Shown here piece by piece: positions 64,000 through 64,000 of a DNA stretch of 64,000 nucleotides. The notes under the pieces were generated by a model. The model saw only the letters and a program-made list of their open reading frames with translations, did not search any database and was not told the origin of the DNA. The DNA comes from Candidatus Gottesmanbacteria bacterium (GTDB lineage Bacteria; Patescibacteriota; Microgenomatia; UBA10105; UBA927): contig CAVQFA010000005.1 of NCBI GenBank assembly GCA_963711735.1, forward strand, positions 71,525-135,524. The letters run 5' to 3'. Positions within the stretch are counted from its first letter, which is position 1, and each line of letters starts with the position of its first letter. The position numbers were made by a program, and so were the translations under genes.

Positions 64000-64000
64000 A

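Overview
This 64-kb window is from a low-GC, gene-dense bacterial genome, possibly a small-genome uncultivated lineage (CPR/Patescibacteria-like); that placement is inference only. The standard genetic code appears to apply, since there are long uninterrupted ORFs such as one of 1367 aa.

Recognisable content, in order along the window:
- A cell-envelope block: a 1367-aa polytopic membrane protein next to a GT2 glycosyltransferase.
- An LPxTG surface protein next to an unusually long sortase.
- Housekeeping genes: an M16 peptidase, ndk, a RelA/SpoT-like HD+TGS protein, maf, tRNA-Pro, a four-helix-bundle protein and a tRNA-Arg-like gene.
- A PEGA-domain protein, mreB and a WecB/TagA-family transferase.
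- A GT4 / GT4 / DUF218 / GT4 glycan cluster.
- An F-type ATP synthase set, atpF-H-A ... G ... D-C. It is split twice by foreign-orientation inserts: a tandem triplet of paralogous small proteins, several other hypotheticals, and a primary-like sigma-70 (rpoD-like) gene.
- At the 3' edge, a large partial ORF combining two tandem tyrosine-recombinase core-binding (SAM-like) domains, a TM helix and a long collagen-like Gly-X-Thr repeat region.

Unusual non-coding and structural signals:
- The 3' end of the sortase gene (18 codons, the stop and about 75 nt of flank) is present three times in tandem, with mostly synonymous differences.
- The first 19 codons of mreB are duplicated 145 bp upstream, all with synonymous differences, forming a small upstream ORF.
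- About 1.07 kb of ORF-poor sequence carries degenerate direct repeats and very long hairpins.
- A perfect-consensus sigma70 promoter is followed about 60 nt later by a hairpin with a T-run, a candidate small RNA.
- An orphan tRNA T-arm/acceptor-like fragment sits 30 bp after the tRNA-Arg-like gene.

No rRNA, CRISPR array, integrase or transposase was recognised.

CDS coordinates follow the supplied ORF track, with some starts refined. Coordinates read from the line labels may be off by 1-2 nt.
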